The translations under genes and the position numbers were made by a program. A stretch of DNA of 64,000 nucleotides from assembly GCA_965219455.1 (NCBI GenBank), contig OZ244744.1, positions 5,472,001-5,536,000 of the forward strand, read 5' to 3'. This document shows, piece after piece, positions 9,567-19,844 of the stretch. Origin of the DNA: Candidatus Latescibacterota bacterium. GTDB taxonomy: Bacteria; Latescibacterota; UBA2968; GCA-2709665. The number at the start of each line of letters is the position of its first letter. Within the stretch, counting starts at the first letter, position 1. The notes beneath the pieces were generated by a model. It was given only the letters and a program-made list of their open reading frames with translations. It had not been told where the DNA came from and ran no database searches.

Positions 9567-9856
9567 ACGTAAAGCGCTTCCTCTTCAATGCGTTGAACGA
9601 AGGCAGTCTGGAGATTCTCACTTAGTCGGAGGATATCCACCTTGCAATCAAGGGCTTGCTCGATAAAGATGTAAAGTCCGACGAGATCGTCGAATCTTGG
9701 CTCTTTCAGCTCTACCACCAGGTCGACATCGCTCTTTTCATGTTGCATCCCAAAAGCATACGACCCATAGAGTCCGATCCGCTGGACGTCGAATCGACGT
9801 TTCAACTCAGGTTTGCTGTGGGCGAGAAAGCTGAGAATGTCCTGTCTCGATTTCAT
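9563..9856 (-). CDS. MNT nucleotidyltransferase (MntA-like), no HepT/DUF86 partner
   Basis: RIGLYGSYAFGMQHEKSDVDLVVE and LDCKVDI. Confidence 0.88.
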   Translation of the reverse strand: MKSRQDILSFLAHSKPELKRRFDVQRIGLYGSYAFGMQHEKSDVDLVVELKEPRFDDLVGLYIFIEQALDCKVDILRLSENLQTAFVQRIEEEALYV

Positions 9857-9911
9857 TGCCGCTTCTCAAATTATGGGTGAGTACGTTCAATGAAGGCATC
9901 AGAGGCGGTGG

Positions 9912-10081
9912 ACTACGAAATACGCGAAATATCGCGAAACAGGATTACGCGAAAGATGCTGTCTATAGTTCGTTTACGAAACGTTCGTATTCCAGTCCTG
10001 GATGATGTCCGAAATTGACGAGCAAGCCGAGTTTCACGCCTGTCGATCATAAATTTCGCGTTTTTTCGCGACTTTCGTAGT
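9912..10081 (-). mobile_element. Internally deleted copy of the IR-bounded GxxExxY element (170 bp)
   Basis: Inverted repeats at 9912-9939 and 10054-10081. 9963-10046 encodes STGVKLGLLVNFGHHPGLEYERFVNEL*, identical in protein to the C-terminus of 19967-20353. Followed by a helicase-tail copy (RIICPMGLIN) at 10082-10109. Confidence 0.85.
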
Positions 10082-10128
10082 TAATCAATCCCATAGGGCA
10101 AATGATCCGCTCTCCTGCCAAAACTTCA

Positions 10129-10326
10129 TCAGTCTGCCACGTCAGACCGAAGAATCGCCTGATTATCCAACCTCTTCCCTGCGTCGAGGATTTCAACGCC
10201 CGCGATCTGGCCGGCTTCATCGTAGTCCAGCGCGATTCCTTCCTCAATGAGGTCCGTCGTCACCGTTGTATCCTTAAGGCGAATGTATAGGGCATCCACC
10301 TTATGATCGTAAGAGATCTTCACCAT
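10129..10326 (-). CDS. DUF2283 family protein
   Basis: KISYDHKVDALYIRL...LDYDEAGQIAGVEILDA. Confidence 0.85.
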   Translation of the reverse strand: MVKISYDHKVDALYIRLKDTTVTTDLIEEGIALDYDEAGQIAGVEILDAGKRLDNQAILRSDVAD

Positions 10327-10379
10327 CGCCGCCTCATATTTCGATCTGGAGCGCAATCTCGCATGCTCACAGAGACCGC

Positions 10380-13300
10380 TCAGTCTAATACACTGAAATA
10401 GCCCCTACGTAGTAAATTTTCCCGCGCCTGTCGAGCGTTCTCACGAACTCGTTCGTCTTCGTGTTCAAGCCCGGCTGTCAGGATGGCCTTTGCATCGTCG
10501 GTTGGAATGACGAACCTGCCGCTTGTAGGCACGGCATTGATAAGCTTTTTAAAGCATTCGACCACCAGATGTGTATGAGTCGGGATCAGCGCTGGCATCA
10601 ATCGCGTAACCTCAAAAGGGAACGATGTTCTTCGGTGATCAACTCGACCCTCATCGAGAGTACCAGTTTCGTCGAGTATATTGTCAACGTCCAAAATCTC
10701 TGATAAAGCGTTCAGGCGCCACTCGACATCCAGGCACTCGGCTTTCAGCCATACGGCGACTTCTCGAAGTTCCATCGGTTCACGGGCGTCAATTCGCCAC
10801 TCGAAAAAGGCAATGATCTTGTCCTGTAAGCCTTCTTCTAGCGGATGGCCAGTATTTTGCAATGAATGCCCTACATAATTAAATAACGTCGCCCAATGCC
10901 TGTGTTCATCTTCGGTCTTCAGGTAAAAGCGTTCCAGCAGACTTTGGTCTCCATTCAGTGGATATACGCCCCACAGATAATACGTAAACAAATGTTGACC
11001 TAGCTTTGAGATCAACTCCCGTCCGATTCCCATTTGCTCGTTCAGGGAATGCAATTGTCCCAGCGCAAACTCGAAGTCGTCTCGAAATCTATAAAAAATA
11101 CGCTCGTAGGGGCGCGACCAGCGAAGGAAATTCCCAAACGCCGCCCGCCATGCGTAATTATCGCTTGTCGGAAAAATAGTGGATTTTTGGGTTATAGCCC
11201 ATTTCTCTTCGAGATTGAATATCCAACCATATAGCCGTCCGAGAATGGCATATTCGGGAATAGTCAGAGAATGCTCTGCCCGGGTCCCGCTCCGGCATTC
11301 AATGATCGCCTTCATTTCCGAAACTTCTGCTTTTTCGTCGTGTCTGCGCAACCAGAATCCAAAATTGACCAGAATCTCCAGAGCACGACCGCGGGTCGTG
11401 TTAATAGCATCAGTCAGCGGGTCTTCTCTATCCAATATGGTCTGACTGCCTTGATCCAGATCGGAATCATATTGCGTGCATAGCAACTTAAGGAGCCTGC
11501 CCAGCTGTCCGCGGACTACGATTGGCACGTTCACATCCCGTTTGACACAGGCTTCGACAAAGTCGCAGACAGCTCGCCGCGAGGAATGCCAACTAGGAGA
11601 CTCCCGTGATTCATCTGCAAATCGCGACCTTCTAGTACCTTCCTTACTCTCCGCTTCGGGACGGGTAAGTGTCCAGACGCAAAACCCTAACCATTGTTCA
11701 AGCTCGTCGAAATTCTTGGCACTCACATGGTCCCGCATTTCATCAACCATTGCCCGTACATAGATGGGCCGCAGTATGTTATCACGATTATTCATCCAAA
11801 ACTGTAGTCTATCTTTGTTCGGAATGATAGAATCCTTGAAAACCTCTTTGAAAGAAGCGGTCAGCGCTTCAATACTGATCTGAGTGAGCCCATTTTCTCG
11901 GTCCCAGTGTTCGTCGTCCCAGGCGTTTATGTAAGTGAGTAGATCCTCATCTGAAAAGCGCGCGAGCTCTTCGGGAGGTATCGGGCTGCGAAAGGTAGTA
12001 ACTCTATCTTCTGCAGAAAAGCTGACGGACGAGTAGCTCTCATCTGTGATTTCTTCTGCGGTTTCATCGGCTTCCAAGCTACGGAAGTAGTCCTCATATT
12101 TCCCAAAGAGCACTGGTGCGAACGGCCTGAGTTGCTGGCGATGGAAATACCTTCTCCGCTGCTCGAAACCAGTCTCAGTGAATTGCTCACTTGTCCATTC
12201 GTGAAATTCTTCCTCTGGAGGCCCGCATAGAATCTTATCGAAGATTTGTGTTCGTTCGGCAATCGAAAGCAACTCATCTCCGAAATGCTCACACGCCAGA
12301 CGTATCATCCGCTGAAACTCATACTGGTGTTCCCGTGTCGCATAATTCCCATGTCCGATCATTGACTCTTGAATCCACGGCTTAGTTTGCTCATTTGGGT
12401 GCAGCGAGTAAAGATGCTGTCGAACACGCTTGAAGACATCCCAGCGTCCATTCCTCAAGGCGTTATCCAAAGTTTCAATTGCCTCGCTAGTTTTGTCAAA
12501 AACCATTTCGCAGGCAAAGGTAAGTGTACGGACAAGGGTTTCTCGATGGTCATGATAGGCACGGCTTTGCCTGTCGAGTCTCGGACACCAGATTTCCGAT
12601 GAATCCCGACTCGACCCAACTTCGAGGAAGTCTTGACCGTGCTCATAACGAATCATGCTCGCTGCCGCATCGATAAGTATACGGGCAACCCGATATGGCT
12701 CTTTCTCGGCTATCGGGCGAATGCCATTTTCAAGGATAGCCCGATAATTCTCGTGAAATCGTGGTGCTGGATTCGGCAATGCCAACATAGATGTCACTTG
12801 ATCTTCGATGGAGGACGTTTGATCCTCCTCGATCTCCCGATGACGGTTCTGTTTTTCTTCGGCATCTGGGTCCGGGACAAACTGAATGAGTATATTTGCG
12901 AATTCCAACGCAGCGTCTGTTTGGCACGTGTCAGTCCAATGTGCTAGCAACTCGGGATATTGAAACGGGAAGAATTGGTGTTCAAGGTTGGCGTATTCGA
13001 GCATCTTGGGCTTCAGGCGTACGGACTGTTCACCGCCAAGTGCCAATGCTATGTCCAAAATAGCAGAATAAACCCTTGGATTATCGACTGCCGGAAGCTG
13101 CAAGACAATTCGAATAGTCTCAGAGACAATTTCCATTGAGGCGTCTTTGCACAAATTCTTTAGATATTCAAGCTCAGGCCAGAAAGGAAATTGAATTTGA
13201 CCGTCTGCCGATTCGACCACATTTGGTGGATCTCTGAAATAGCCATTTTGATGAAGAGGGTCCAGCCATATGTGATTAGTGGTGTTAAGAAAGAAATACC

Positions 13301-14052
13301 TGTAGTTCTCACCACGGCTATGAAGCAGCTTTAGCGCTCGATTTATTTCAATGGATGTGGGAGCGCTTCCCCTACCTAATATCGCCTTAAGTTCGGTGAG
13401 ATCTTCAGTGACAATTGGCACGGTCGGGTCGATGGGTTCCTCAATGAAGTCATCCGAGGTTAGCGCCGGTTTAAACGCTTCGACGTATTCTATCAAAGTG
13501 CCGTAGTAGGCGATGAATGGCCGCAATTTACATGCCAGTGAGAAATCCCCATCAGCACTCACGACCGCGATACTCGCTTTGTGCCTCTCGTGGTAGTCAT
13601 CCAACGCACTAAGAACAAAGGCATCCGGAAATTCCTTTGGCTTTTTCTTTGAAAACGGTGCCTCGATGGAAAAATACCAGTTCACTACATCGTTCAAATC
13701 TCCAACCAGCGGCAGTTGTTCAACGGTAAAATGCTCCTTGAAGACTTCCCACTGGTGCTCCAGTTCTGTCAGGCACTTTTCCTCCAACTTAATTCTTGGA
13801 GGTAAATCGCCTAACGAAAGTTCGCTAATCGGATGAGTATTATGGGCTTTATCCACGGCAGCAGCGGAATCTCTCGCTCTTTTTTTTATAGTGACGCAAG
13901 AGTTCTCGCTCCATCATTTCGGGTACTAATAGCCGAAGCCCACCCTTAACAAAAGTATCCTTTAGGATCTTAAACTCAGACGTATCCAGCTTGAGACCAT
14001 TCCTCACGAAGAATTCTGTATCGATATACAGTGATGTCGGTACGTGTCTCAT
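10380..14052 (-). pseudogene. Large PIN-like domain protein (~1223 aa if restored), frameshifted at an A8 tract
   Basis: The N-terminal part has LYIDTEFF...LLVPEMMEREL. The C-terminal part has APFSKKKPKEFPDAFV and VVSADGDF (PIN acidic motifs) followed by a long helical region. Removing one A at 13880-13887 joins 13849-14052 to 10380-13856. Confidence 0.8.
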
Positions 14053-14334
14053 GTGCACAAATCGGGATATCCAGATAAACGGACAAAATTCGAGAATTGA
14101 CCGACGAATTCGATTGAAATCGGTCCGGGGTCCAATAGCATCTAATGGGTCACACAGACACTCAGAAATCGAAGACCGTCGGGCCAATTGATTGGGTGCG
14201 ACTATTATTATCTAATTCTTCGATGTAATCATGAGAATTGAATTCACCACACCACTCTGTGCGGGATTCACATTGAGAGCTGATGAGGTAACTTGGTCCT
14301 TATTGATAATGCGAACTCCGCCATGTTCGCATCC

Positions 14335-15321
14335 CTAAACCCCGACACCTCGTAATTCGTTTCCGAGGATGAGGTTTTCTGGGGCGGGAACCCAATTATC
14401 ATCAGTGGGAAGGAGTAGTTGAGCTCTAAGTTGCCGCTTGTACCGTTGGAGTCCATCTGCCCTCCCCATATTTCGCAAATGTGTGGACCTTGCAGAATTC
14501 AAATGAATCGAATAGTCGCCGTTGACGTACAGTAGGCCCGTGTCGTACGATCGATGATGTAGAGCGCAAAGGGCCAAGCCATTGCTGACTGCATCGAGGC
14601 CTTTTGGATGGGCATGAGGAACAATGTGGGCCGCATCCACAAGATCCAATTGAATCCCGCACATTGCACACGTATGGGCATATCCATCCAGTACCATTTG
14701 CCTGAACTGAGCGCTTCGAGGATATGCAATGCGGGTTATAGTGACTCTTTGTCGGTTTACCTCAACCGGTCGGTGAAGGGGCTGTCCGAGTGGGGTTTTA
14801 CAATGAACTTCAAACAGCTCTTGGAGCTCTTCGTCGGCGGCTTGATGAAGCACTGATGAGTTTTCAACATACAAACCGATGAGGTCAGGCCGGAAGTTGA
14901 TCACGTTTTGCCCGTCTGAATCGATATACGTAGAGAATCCCTTTGTCATTGCCGTACGCATTGATGATACACGAGTATAAACGGAAAACCGCTGGGCTCG
15001 TGGATTGCGATCAAGGAATCTATCTGGATCCCATGCGCTAAACGCCTTTACATCTGCGGAAAAACCTAAGACCAATACTGTGTCGCCGGATTGCTTGTCG
15101 TTTTTTAGTTTCGTAGGCAGATGGCCTGGGCATTGGATCCGATATTCATCTGGATCAGTGCGTATAGCAAAATGGATGTTGCCAATGAATACCGAAAGAT
15201 ACCGTCCTTTATAGTAAAATCGGTACGGGTTAACTCCACCGGCGAAGTAGACAGCAGGCGTTTGCTGGCGGAGGGCGTCGAATAACGCATGAAAAAGGTC
15301 GGTCTTGTCGAGTAGCGCCAT
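14335..15321 (-). CDS. HNH endonuclease with uncharacterised N-terminal domain
   Basis: CAMCG...VDAAHIVPH...NGLALCALHHRSYD; directly downstream of the methyltransferase. Confidence 0.9.
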   Translation of the reverse strand: MALLDKTDLFHALFDALRQQTPAVYFAGGVNPYRFYYKGRYLSVFIGNIHFAIRTDPDEYRIQCPGHLPTKLKNDKQSGDTVLVLGFSADVKAFSAWDPDRFLDRNPRAQRFSVYTRVSSMRTAMTKGFSTYIDSDGQNVINFRPDLIGLYVENSSVLHQAADEELQELFEVHCKTPLGQPLHRPVEVNRQRVTITRIAYPRSAQFRQMVLDGYAHTCAMCGIQLDLVDAAHIVPHAHPKGLDAVSNGLALCALHHRSYDTGLLYVNGDYSIHLNSARSTHLRNMGRADGLQRYKRQLRAQLLLPTDDNWVPAPENLILGNELRGVGV

Positions 15322-15340
15322 TTCCGATAAGCCTCGTTGA

Positions 15341-18300
15341 TCAAACTAAGGAAATCTTCTCGACGATTTGAAAATCAATCGAGTATGTCGACGATATCCA
15401 TTCATCAATTTCGCGCAAACGGCGATCGGAGGGCAAGTCAGTAAGGCTTGATGGCATGAATCTTTCCTTTATCGATGTAGGTATATTCTTCTCACCGGCA
15501 TCCTGGTTTATACCGCGCACGAGTGAAACGAATGAGAACAACTCTTTAAGATCATCCCAACTTGCACCAATTCCTGAAAGGAACACGAAGTCGGCCCTTC
15601 TCGTTAGCGACGATAGTCTTTGGTAGTTGAAATTGCCGATGTATTTGCCAGCGTTCTTCTTGAAGACAAGCGCAGAATATCTATAATTGTGCAGCACCTC
15701 TCCGATGATTGCCAATCGATGCAAATGATCCTTTGGAATCGAAGAGATCGGTGCAACGAGATCCTCAAGTAACCAATTTGTGACGTGGAATCCATCACCC
15801 CTAGTTAGCCAATACCAGAAACCCGCGTCGCCCCCTGTGATCGCGAGAGCGGCGAAGGCCTCCTCTTTCGAACCCAACGCAACCCAGCCGGATTGCGACG
15901 GAACATGAACACTTCGGTCATCGAGGTGCAATACTGGTGGCGGCTCAATATACGTGGAGATGAAATTGCGCGCGGTTGGCGAAAATCCTAACTTGACAGA
16001 TTCACCACGTAGACCATGGCCCGAAGTTAAAACTGAAGTAGAAAACTGATTATGCATTGCTAATAATTTCGCTCCAAAACGGTTCGTTAGGCGGGGAATG
16101 CCGAAAGTTTCGTTCGGCATCACGTCATCGACTTTGTTGTAGGATATATTGTCCAACAGATAATCACGATAGGCTGCGCGCCACCTGTATAGACGGGTAG
16201 CAAACGAACCGATTTTTCGCGCGGAGGAATTCAGCCAGATTGTGCATCTCTGGCTAACTCCAGAAAATAGTGCGGCCGGTATGTTATCGAACGAAGAAAA
16301 CCAGTGAGTCCCGGTGTTCGCCAAAAGTTCACGTAGACCTGAAAACTCAAAGCTAAATGTCGTTGAAAGAGGAACAATTAACCCACGGCGTCCGCACCGG
16401 CTTGTTATGTGGTGCGACTGTACGACCACGTAACCATATATGTCGGGGAATCTTAAGCTCGTGGTAGACCGTACTATATAACCAACCGACTTGCGGCTTA
16501 CATAGGGAGGATTTCCGACAATCACGTCAAATCCGCCCTGTCGCATGATGCCGTAGAATTCGACAAACCAATGGAATGGCTGGTGACTGTTACGCCATTG
16601 CTCATAGGTAGCCGTGTCGCTTTCTTGAACGCCGTACTCGCTCGCCAAATATCGATCCAATTGTCGCCGCAGATCATCTAATCGTCTTCGCAATACTAAC
16701 TTCGCATTGACGAAAGCACCGGCGTCCATGTTCAAGCCGGTCTGCATGGTGTGGAATATGCGAAAAGCTCGGTTCGCTAATTCGGCGCGTTCTTCGATGT
16801 CGGGAAGAGATTGTTCCTTAAACAAGTCGCCCCGTATAGCACGTCTCACATCGTGGAGAGACGTAAAGCCAATCAGTGTGTTGCCGGCGCGTATATTGAA
16901 ATCGATGTCGGGCAATGGCTCAATCTGTTCGTAGCTTTTCAGTTGCGCGATGAGTTTAAGAAAGAGGCGCAATTTGCAGATTTCTACGGCCTCTTCCATG
17001 ATGTCCACACCATAGAGATTGTTGATAATGATGGACTTGAGTATGAAATATCGTTCACTGGGATGGGACTCGACCTGTTTGAGTATCTGTCGGAAGTCGC
17101 TCATTTTCTCGGGGCGGTGTTTACGCTTAGAGCGCTTCAAATCGTCCAGTAGCCCCCGCATAACCTCGAGGCAGGCAATGTAGATGGGCTCCAGGATGTT
17201 GAGCGCCGCGAACAGGAACGCGCCAGAGCCGCAGGTTGGATCCAGAATCGAGACGCTGGTAAGCCCTTTCCAGAAAGCACGGATCAATTCGGGGCCCTCG
17301 CTCCCGCGGATGACGTCCTCCGCGAATTGCTCAATGTCAAGATTATACGTGATAAGGTCATTGATGGCTGCGACCTGACCCGAAGCCAGTTTGGCGTAGA
17401 TGTCCTCATAGTGACGTCGGCGGGCGACGTGTTCGCGCCAGGTTTCAGTTGGCAGGGCATAGTCGCTTGTCGCGGGTTCATTCCAGCCGGCGCGTTTCGA
17501 GACATCGTCCACTCCTGCTGCTATCTCCTTAGGCAGGTCACGTTTTTGCGCGAGGTCTTCCTTCTTGTGAATATCGTACGTAATCCCGTGGCGGACCGCC
17601 TCGTAGAAATACCGATCCGGATCGTCCCGTAACAGCCGCCATACCCCACCGTCGGGTTTGAATTCGATGGAACAAGCCTTCTTCGCCCGGTCGAAAAGAA
17701 ACGGGATGACGGTGTTGCGGCTGATGTATCCGGTGATATCCTCTTTGGTGTAGTACGCCCCCATCTGCTTCTGGTTGATGTACTTTTCGAAGATGTAACC
17801 GAGCACGTCCGGGTTGATTTCATTGTCGTTGCGTAGAGGCCGGTCGTCCAGGTGCCACGTATAGGCATCGAAGAAGTCGAAGATTCTCTCGAACGCTTCA
17901 TCCGGAATTTGGATATCCGGATTGTCCTGCTCCAGATCGTGTACGTCGAACAGGCCGCCATTTAGAAATGGCACCTTACCGAGCAACGCTGCCAACTCCG
18001 GGGGGCGATTCTCCTCCGGTTGCCCAAGACCGTCATGGAACAATTTCAATAAAAACAGCCGGTAGAACCTGTTGAATCGCCCGTTTCCATATTGCTGCCG
18101 CACCCTTTGGAGCCGGTCCCGGAGGTATTCGGTGTTGTTGTCGAGGAACCCGCGTTTTTGAATGAAGTAGATGAACATCATTCGATTCAACATCAGCGAA
18201 GCATACCACTCTCGGTCCGCCCGTTCTCCGATTCCCTCGATGAAACCCAGAAAGTCCTGTTGTTCCTTCTTAAAGCGGTCGTAGAACCGTTTTGTGACCT

Positions 18301-18790
18301 TTTCTACGTCGAAGGCCGCGCGAACACGGCCGGATACGTCGACGATGGTAAGGTCATCTTCTTCGTCCAGTGTAAAGGCGAGATTCTCCAGCTTTTGGAT
18401 CAGTCGCTCTCCTGAATCCTCCTGGCGGAAGGACTCGGACCGGTGGCGGTCGGGCTGACCGGGTTCCCGCTTTACCCATTGCCATGCTTGTCCGGTTCGG
18501 TCGTGGGTGGCGTAAACGATGATGTGTTCGCGGACCTCTTTGGAGACAGCTGTTTCGATTTTCCGTCGAGTGGCATGTTCGGGAAACGTCGTCTCGGAGT
18601 CAGCAACACATTGGTAGGCGACCATGCCGCGTTTGTGGGCGACGGCCTCGAGGGCGAACGACTGCTCACCTACTTCAATAGCGGTATCGGCACCGCCATG
18701 GTCCCAGCCGAGTTCTTCGATAAAGAGCGTGCGGAGGTCGAATTTCTCAAGATGCGACCTGACTTTGTTTCTGTCTAGAATTAAGGGCAC
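15341..18790 (-). CDS. Large N6-adenine DNA methyltransferase (Eco57I/type IIG-like) with C-terminal target recognition region
   Basis: ILDPTCGSGAFL (motif I), YGVDI, FDVIVGNPPY (motif IV), FLNGGLF and GAYYT. Confidence 0.93.
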   Translation of the reverse strand: MPLILDRNKVRSHLEKFDLRTLFIEELGWDHGGADTAIEVGEQSFALEAVAHKRGMVAYQCVADSETTFPEHATRRKIETAVSKEVREHIIVYATHDRTGQAWQWVKREPGQPDRHRSESFRQEDSGERLIQKLENLAFTLDEEDDLTIVDVSGRVRAAFDVEKVTKRFYDRFKKEQQDFLGFIEGIGERADREWYASLMLNRMMFIYFIQKRGFLDNNTEYLRDRLQRVRQQYGNGRFNRFYRLFLLKLFHDGLGQPEENRPPELAALLGKVPFLNGGLFDVHDLEQDNPDIQIPDEAFERIFDFFDAYTWHLDDRPLRNDNEINPDVLGYIFEKYINQKQMGAYYTKEDITGYISRNTVIPFLFDRAKKACSIEFKPDGGVWRLLRDDPDRYFYEAVRHGITYDIHKKEDLAQKRDLPKEIAAGVDDVSKRAGWNEPATSDYALPTETWREHVARRRHYEDIYAKLASGQVAAINDLITYNLDIEQFAEDVIRGSEGPELIRAFWKGLTSVSILDPTCGSGAFLFAALNILEPIYIACLEVMRGLLDDLKRSKRKHRPEKMSDFRQILKQVESHPSERYFILKSIIINNLYGVDIMEEAVEICKLRLFLKLIAQLKSYEQIEPLPDIDFNIRAGNTLIGFTSLHDVRRAIRGDLFKEQSLPDIEERAELANRAFRIFHTMQTGLNMDAGAFVNAKLVLRRRLDDLRRQLDRYLASEYGVQESDTATYEQWRNSHQPFHWFVEFYGIMRQGGFDVIVGNPPYVSRKSVGYIVRSTTSLRFPDIYGYVVVQSHHITSRCGRRGLIVPLSTTFSFEFSGLRELLANTGTHWFSSFDNIPAALFSGVSQRCTIWLNSSARKIGSFATRLYRWRAAYRDYLLDNISYNKVDDVMPNETFGIPRLTNRFGAKLLAMHNQFSTSVLTSGHGLRGESVKLGFSPTARNFISTYIEPPPVLHLDDRSVHVPSQSGWVALGSKEEAFAALAITGGDAGFWYWLTRGDGFHVTNWLLEDLVAPISSIPKDHLHRLAIIGEVLHNYRYSALVFKKNAGKYIGNFNYQRLSSLTRRADFVFLSGIGASWDDLKELFSFVSLVRGINQDAGEKNIPTSIKERFMPSSLTDLPSDRRLREIDEWISSTYSIDFQIVEKISLV

Positions 18791-18809
18791 TTGGAAGTTT
18801 CCTGACGCG

Positions 18810-19268
18810 TTATGCCCGAACGAGATCGATTAGCGAAACGGTGTCGATTTCGTCGAATCGCGCGAAGTCGTCGTGGTTCTGCGTTACCAACGTTCGGATG
18901 CCATGGGTTGCCATTGTGGCAACGATATTGGCGTCATGCAACCCTTTGCCTTGAAGGTCATATTTCAATGCAAGTTGGCGCAGTTTGCCAGCGACATCCT
19001 GGGTTTCGTCAAAGAGTTGAAGGTGACGACGGAGCTCATCCACGTTGCCAACGACATCGCGGACGTTTAGACCAAATCCATTTGCACGAATGGGACGCGA
19101 TGCGACCACCATGTATTCCCTCAGAATCTGCCCACTTCCGGCGAGGCGAAGACCGCGCCTAGTGGACTCAGCCAGTAACCTTGTTGCTTCACGGTGTTGG
19201 GGCCGCGATTCGTCTGTCGCCGTTAAGAGCACGTTGGTGTCCAGAAACAGAATATTACCGGCCATCAT
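18810..19268 (-). CDS. PIN-domain (VapC-like) toxin
   Basis: LFLDTNVLL, QILREY, LHDANIVATM and LVTQNHDDF. Confidence 0.9.
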   Translation of the reverse strand: MMAGNILFLDTNVLLTATDESRPQHREATRLLAESTRRGLRLAGSGQILREYMVVASRPIRANGFGLNVRDVVGNVDELRRHLQLFDETQDVAGKLRQLALKYDLQGKGLHDANIVATMATHGIRTLVTQNHDDFARFDEIDTVSLIDLVRA

Positions 19269-19527
19269 CGCCATAGATCTCATCCCGTTTCCAGGACGTC
19301 GTCCTTCCAGTCCTGACTGTCACTATTTCCACCATTGGGACATCCGCGTCTGTCGTACTTGCCCCGTCAAACTCATCAAGACCGGATTCATCATCCGACC
19401 TGGGACGAAGAACGAAGCCGTCAGGCGCTTTCAAAATCTCGAGATCGTCTCCTGGACCGACCCCCAGCATGTTTAGCACCCGATTTGGCAGGGTGACCTG
19501 ACGTTCTGAGCTTATCTTTACAATCAT
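19255..19527 (-). CDS. AbrB/MazE-type antitoxin
   Basis: VKISSERQVTLP...LGVGPGDDLE; GGAGG SD; overlaps the PIN gene. Confidence 0.85.
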   Translation of the reverse strand: MIVKISSERQVTLPNRVLNMLGVGPGDDLEILKAPDGFVLRPRSDDESGLDEFDGASTTDADVPMVEIVTVRTGRTTSWKRDEIYGDDGR

Positions 19528-19549
19528 GGAGACCTCCTTCAAACCAGAT

Positions 19550-19600
19550 GGTGAGTAATCGAACTAGCACTGACGTGTCAATCCCGAAGCGAAGGGTCAT
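19550..19600 (-). pseudogene. Truncated PIN toxin N-terminus
   Basis: MTLRFGIDTSVLVRLLT overlaps the stop of the upstream AbrB gene, then is replaced by the leader of the next AbrB gene. Confidence 0.7.
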
Positions 19601-19841
19601 ACGATTGCTCCCGGAAGTCCTGGAGATCAAACGTCCCCTGTCCGCGCCGGATCTTATCGTGCAGCGTCCCGAGCCGGGAATGATCAATGCGTCTGGGCCT
19701 CAGAACGAACCCGTCCGGCCCTTCTACGATTTCGAGTTGGTCACCCGGGCCAACACCAATAGCGTCCAGCACCCGCGCAGGAATGGTGACCTGGCGTTTT
19801 GAAGTAATTTTGACAATCAAGGGAAATCGGCTGAGAGTCAT
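19578..19841 (-). CDS. AbrB/MazE-type antitoxin (paralogue)
   Basis: VKITSKRQVTIPARVLDAIGVGPGDQLE. Confidence 0.87.
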   Translation of the reverse strand: MTLSRFPLIVKITSKRQVTIPARVLDAIGVGPGDQLEIVEGPDGFVLRPRRIDHSRLGTLHDKIRRGQGTFDLQDFREQSYDPSLRD

Positions 19842-19844
19842 TGG

